64,000 nt of DNA, from contig PLIU01000157.1 in NCBI GenBank assembly GCA_003140095.1, positions 971 through 64,970 of the forward strand, in the 5' to 3' direction. The notes below the pieces were generated by a model, which did no database searches, had not been told where the DNA came from, and saw nothing but the letters and a program-made list of their open reading frames with translations. This document shows, one piece after another, positions 62,563 through 64,000 of this stretch. Positions within the stretch are counted from its first letter, which is position 1; each line of letters starts with the position of its first letter. The DNA comes from Verrucomicrobiales bacterium. Lineage in GTDB: Bacteria > Verrucomicrobiota > Verrucomicrobiia > Limisphaerales > Palsa-1400. Both the position numbers and the translations under genes were made by a program.

Positions 62563-64000
62563 TCATTGCGGGGAGGTGTAGTAGAAGCGGGCCGGGTAGT
62601 TGGGGGCGTTGGTGTCCTCGAATTGCATCAGCCCGTTGGTGTCGGCGGTGGCGATGCCCAGGTCCAGCCAATTGAGCAGGTTCTCACTGGCCTCGATGTC
62701 GAAGCTTTCGCCGGGGGAGCCTTGCGCCTGCAAGATCACGGTGCCGTCCGGGCGGCGTTGCAGGGTGACGGGCGAGTATTTGATGGTGACGATTTCCGTC
62801 CCGCCCGCCGCCGTGGTGTCATAGCCGGTGACATAGACGTTACCGTTGTTATCGACGGCGATGGCGTTGCCGGCGGCGTTGCCGTTTCCTGGGCTGGCGT
62901 AGCGTTGCAGCCAGATTTGATTGCCCTTGTGATCGTACTTGATCGTGACAATGTCGTTGGTCGAGTTGGTGCCTGGCGAAAAGCCGGTCACATAGGCATT
63001 ATCACCTTGGTCAACGGTAATTGACATTCCCTGGCTTCCTGTGACGGGAAATAAGTAATAACAATTTGTCCATATGTAAGCACCGTTTGTTGCTATTTCA
63101 CAAGTCCCAAGTCCTCCGGTCACAAACGTATTTCCAAGCGCATCTATTGCGAGCCCGAGTGCGTCGCTTCCAAAATACTCACTAGGATCAAAAGCCGACC
63201 AGATTGCGCTGCCCTTCGATGCATATTCGAAAGTGGAGTAGGGCTCGACATAAGCATTTGCGACTAAATAGATATTGGCCGCATTGTCGAGCGCGATTCC
63301 TGCCACTTGCACAGCAGGAATGGCGTAGCCAAGAGCGGCGTCACTCCAATTCTGATTGCCATCGGAACTGTACTGGACTAAGAGCATTTGTTGAGAGCAA
63401 GAATATTCGTTACAATAAAACGCTTGACTGCCTGCAACGTCCACATTCCCTTCGTTGTCAACCGCTACTACTTGCGACACGTTCGGCCTTAAACTGGATG
63501 GATATGAGGTCTGCCATACGTTGCTACCGGCCGCGCTGATTTTGGCCGTGGCAAAATCAGTAGAGAAGCCGACCACGTAAACATTGAGGTTCGCATCCAC
63601 CGCCAACGACGTCCCCGCAAACTGCGCCGTCCACATCTCATTCCCGTTCGAATCGTATTTCACCGTTAATGCGCTGCCAGTGACAATGACATTGTTGCTG
63701 TTGTCCAACACGAGTCCGGCCGGCGTAGCTGTGGGGGAATTGGTTGAATCGTATCGCGCCGCCCACAGTTGGGTGCCGTTAGGAGCATACTTTATCGTGA
63801 CATAGCCGAGGTTTGTGTTGGCGTTCTGGGAAAAACCGGTAACATATATATTTCCTTGGGGATCTAGTGCCATTTTTACGGCTTGGTTTGTTCCATTGGT
63901 GATGCCGTTGTTGTACCGGGCCACCCAGGCCTGCTGGATTTGGGCGCTGGCGGAGAAAGTCACCAAGGCCATTATGAAGGAACACTGAATTAACAACGAA
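62563..64000 (-). CDS. Secreted SBBP-repeat beta-propeller protein (5' end probably just beyond the window end)
   Basis: Repeated ...NIYVTG....(D)..T(I/V)KY...G...W... units, at least 7 of them (YVTIKYAPNGTQLWAARY, ALTVKYDSNGNEMWTAQF, IVTIKYDHKGNQIWLQRY, IVTIKYSP). C-terminal ~70-aa domain ends ...ARFYYTSPQ. The frame is still open at 64000, and ...LLIQCSFIMALVTFSASA|Q looks like the end of a signal peptide. Confidence 0.8.
   Translation of the reverse strand, partial: SLLIQCSFIMALVTFSASAQIQQAWVARYNNGITNGTNQAVKMALDPQGNIYVTGFSQNANTNLGYVTIKYAPNGTQLWAARYDSTNSPTATPAGLVLDNSNNVIVTGSALTVKYDSNGNEMWTAQFAGTSLAVDANLNVYVVGFSTDFATAKISAAGSNVWQTSYPSSLRPNVSQVVAVDNEGNVDVAGSQAFYCNEYSCSQQMLLVQYSSDGNQNWSDAALGYAIPAVQVAGIALDNAANIYLVANAYVEPYSTFEYASKGSAIWSAFDPSEYFGSDALGLAIDALGNTFVTGGLGTCEIATNGAYIWTNCYYLFPVTGSQGMSITVDQGDNAYVTGFSPGTNSTNDIVTIKYDHKGNQIWLQRYASPGNGNAAGNAIAVDNNGNVYVTGYDTTAAGGTEIVTIKYSPVTLQRRPDGTVILQAQGSPGESFDIEASENLLNWLDLGIATADTNGLMQFEDTNAPNYPARFYYTSPQ

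Noticed and set aside
1-64000. CRISPR arrays, rRNA genes, IS elements, integrons, reverse transcriptases (retron/DGR).
   Set aside because: No regularly spaced direct repeats, no rRNA-like stretches and no RT/transposase/integrase motifs were seen among ORFs of at least 60 aa. ORFs under 60 aa and edge-truncated ORFs are not in the track, so absence is not proven.

Overview
This is a 64-kb window of a moderately GC-rich Gram-negative chromosome. My guess from gene content and repeat style is Verrucomicrobiota or another PVC-like lineage, which cannot be verified here.

(1) 1-2.2 kb holds two minus-strand genes. One is an edge-truncated EF-hand-like protein that is missing from the ORF track. 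The other is a DUF481 outer-membrane barrel.

(2) 2.3-45.4 kb is one uninterrupted plus-strand glycan locus of about 36 genes.
- It opens with a specialised NusG paralog and a duplicated leader motif.
- It contains a priming sugar transferase, WlbABC/WbpBDE-type 2,3-diacetamido-sugar genes, a second DegT aminotransferase and a decayed UDP-GlcNAc 2-epimerase relic.
- It also has a FemAB-like protein and a Wzz/BY-kinase-like fusion with a degenerate P-loop.
- Seven glycosyltransferases are present (GT2, GT4, GT9), plus Wzx, a Wzy/O-antigen-ligase-like protein and two methyltransferases.
- Heptose genes are hldA and gmhA.
- Rhamnose genes are rfbA and rfbB, with a plant/giant-virus-type NRS/ER-like epimerase-reductase in place of rmlC plus rmlD.
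- The locus ends with exosortase, a PrsT-like TPR lipoprotein, a Wza-like exporter and a uronate-epimerase-like SDR.

(3) 45.4-51.9 kb is an accessory islet next to a tRNA(CAU). It holds a multiply frameshifted WD40 relic, TetR, small unknown ORFs, a stand-alone ParB/Srx-like protein, AbiEi/AbiEii, and HigB with a HigA-ImmA/IrrE fusion. No integrase or att repeat was seen.

(4) 52-54.8 kb holds an MFS transporter, a two-domain retropepsin-like protease, and a 28%-GC promoter island driving a small secreted protein.

(5) 55.0-61.3 kb (minus strand) is an operon of GspE/PilB ATPase, GspL/PilMN-like protein, GspM/PilO-like protein and secretin. It has no platform protein or pilins. The secretin carries a Gly/Tyr-rich tandem-repeat insert.

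(6) 61.3-62.6 kb is 1.3 kb of repeat-rich non-coding DNA.

(7) 62.6-64 kb is an edge-truncated SBBP beta-propeller protein.

No rRNA, CRISPR array, transposase or integrase was recognised. All family calls come from reading motifs by eye, and no database search was run. Nothing here is demonstrably a brand-new system. My best candidates for follow-up are:
- the NusG-paralog and duplicated leader motif
- the NRS/ER-type rhamnose enzyme
- the degenerate BY-kinase-like co-polymerase
- the unknown genes of the tRNA-adjacent toxin-antitoxin (TA)/Abi islet
- the minimal E-L-M-D secretion operon with its unusual secretin
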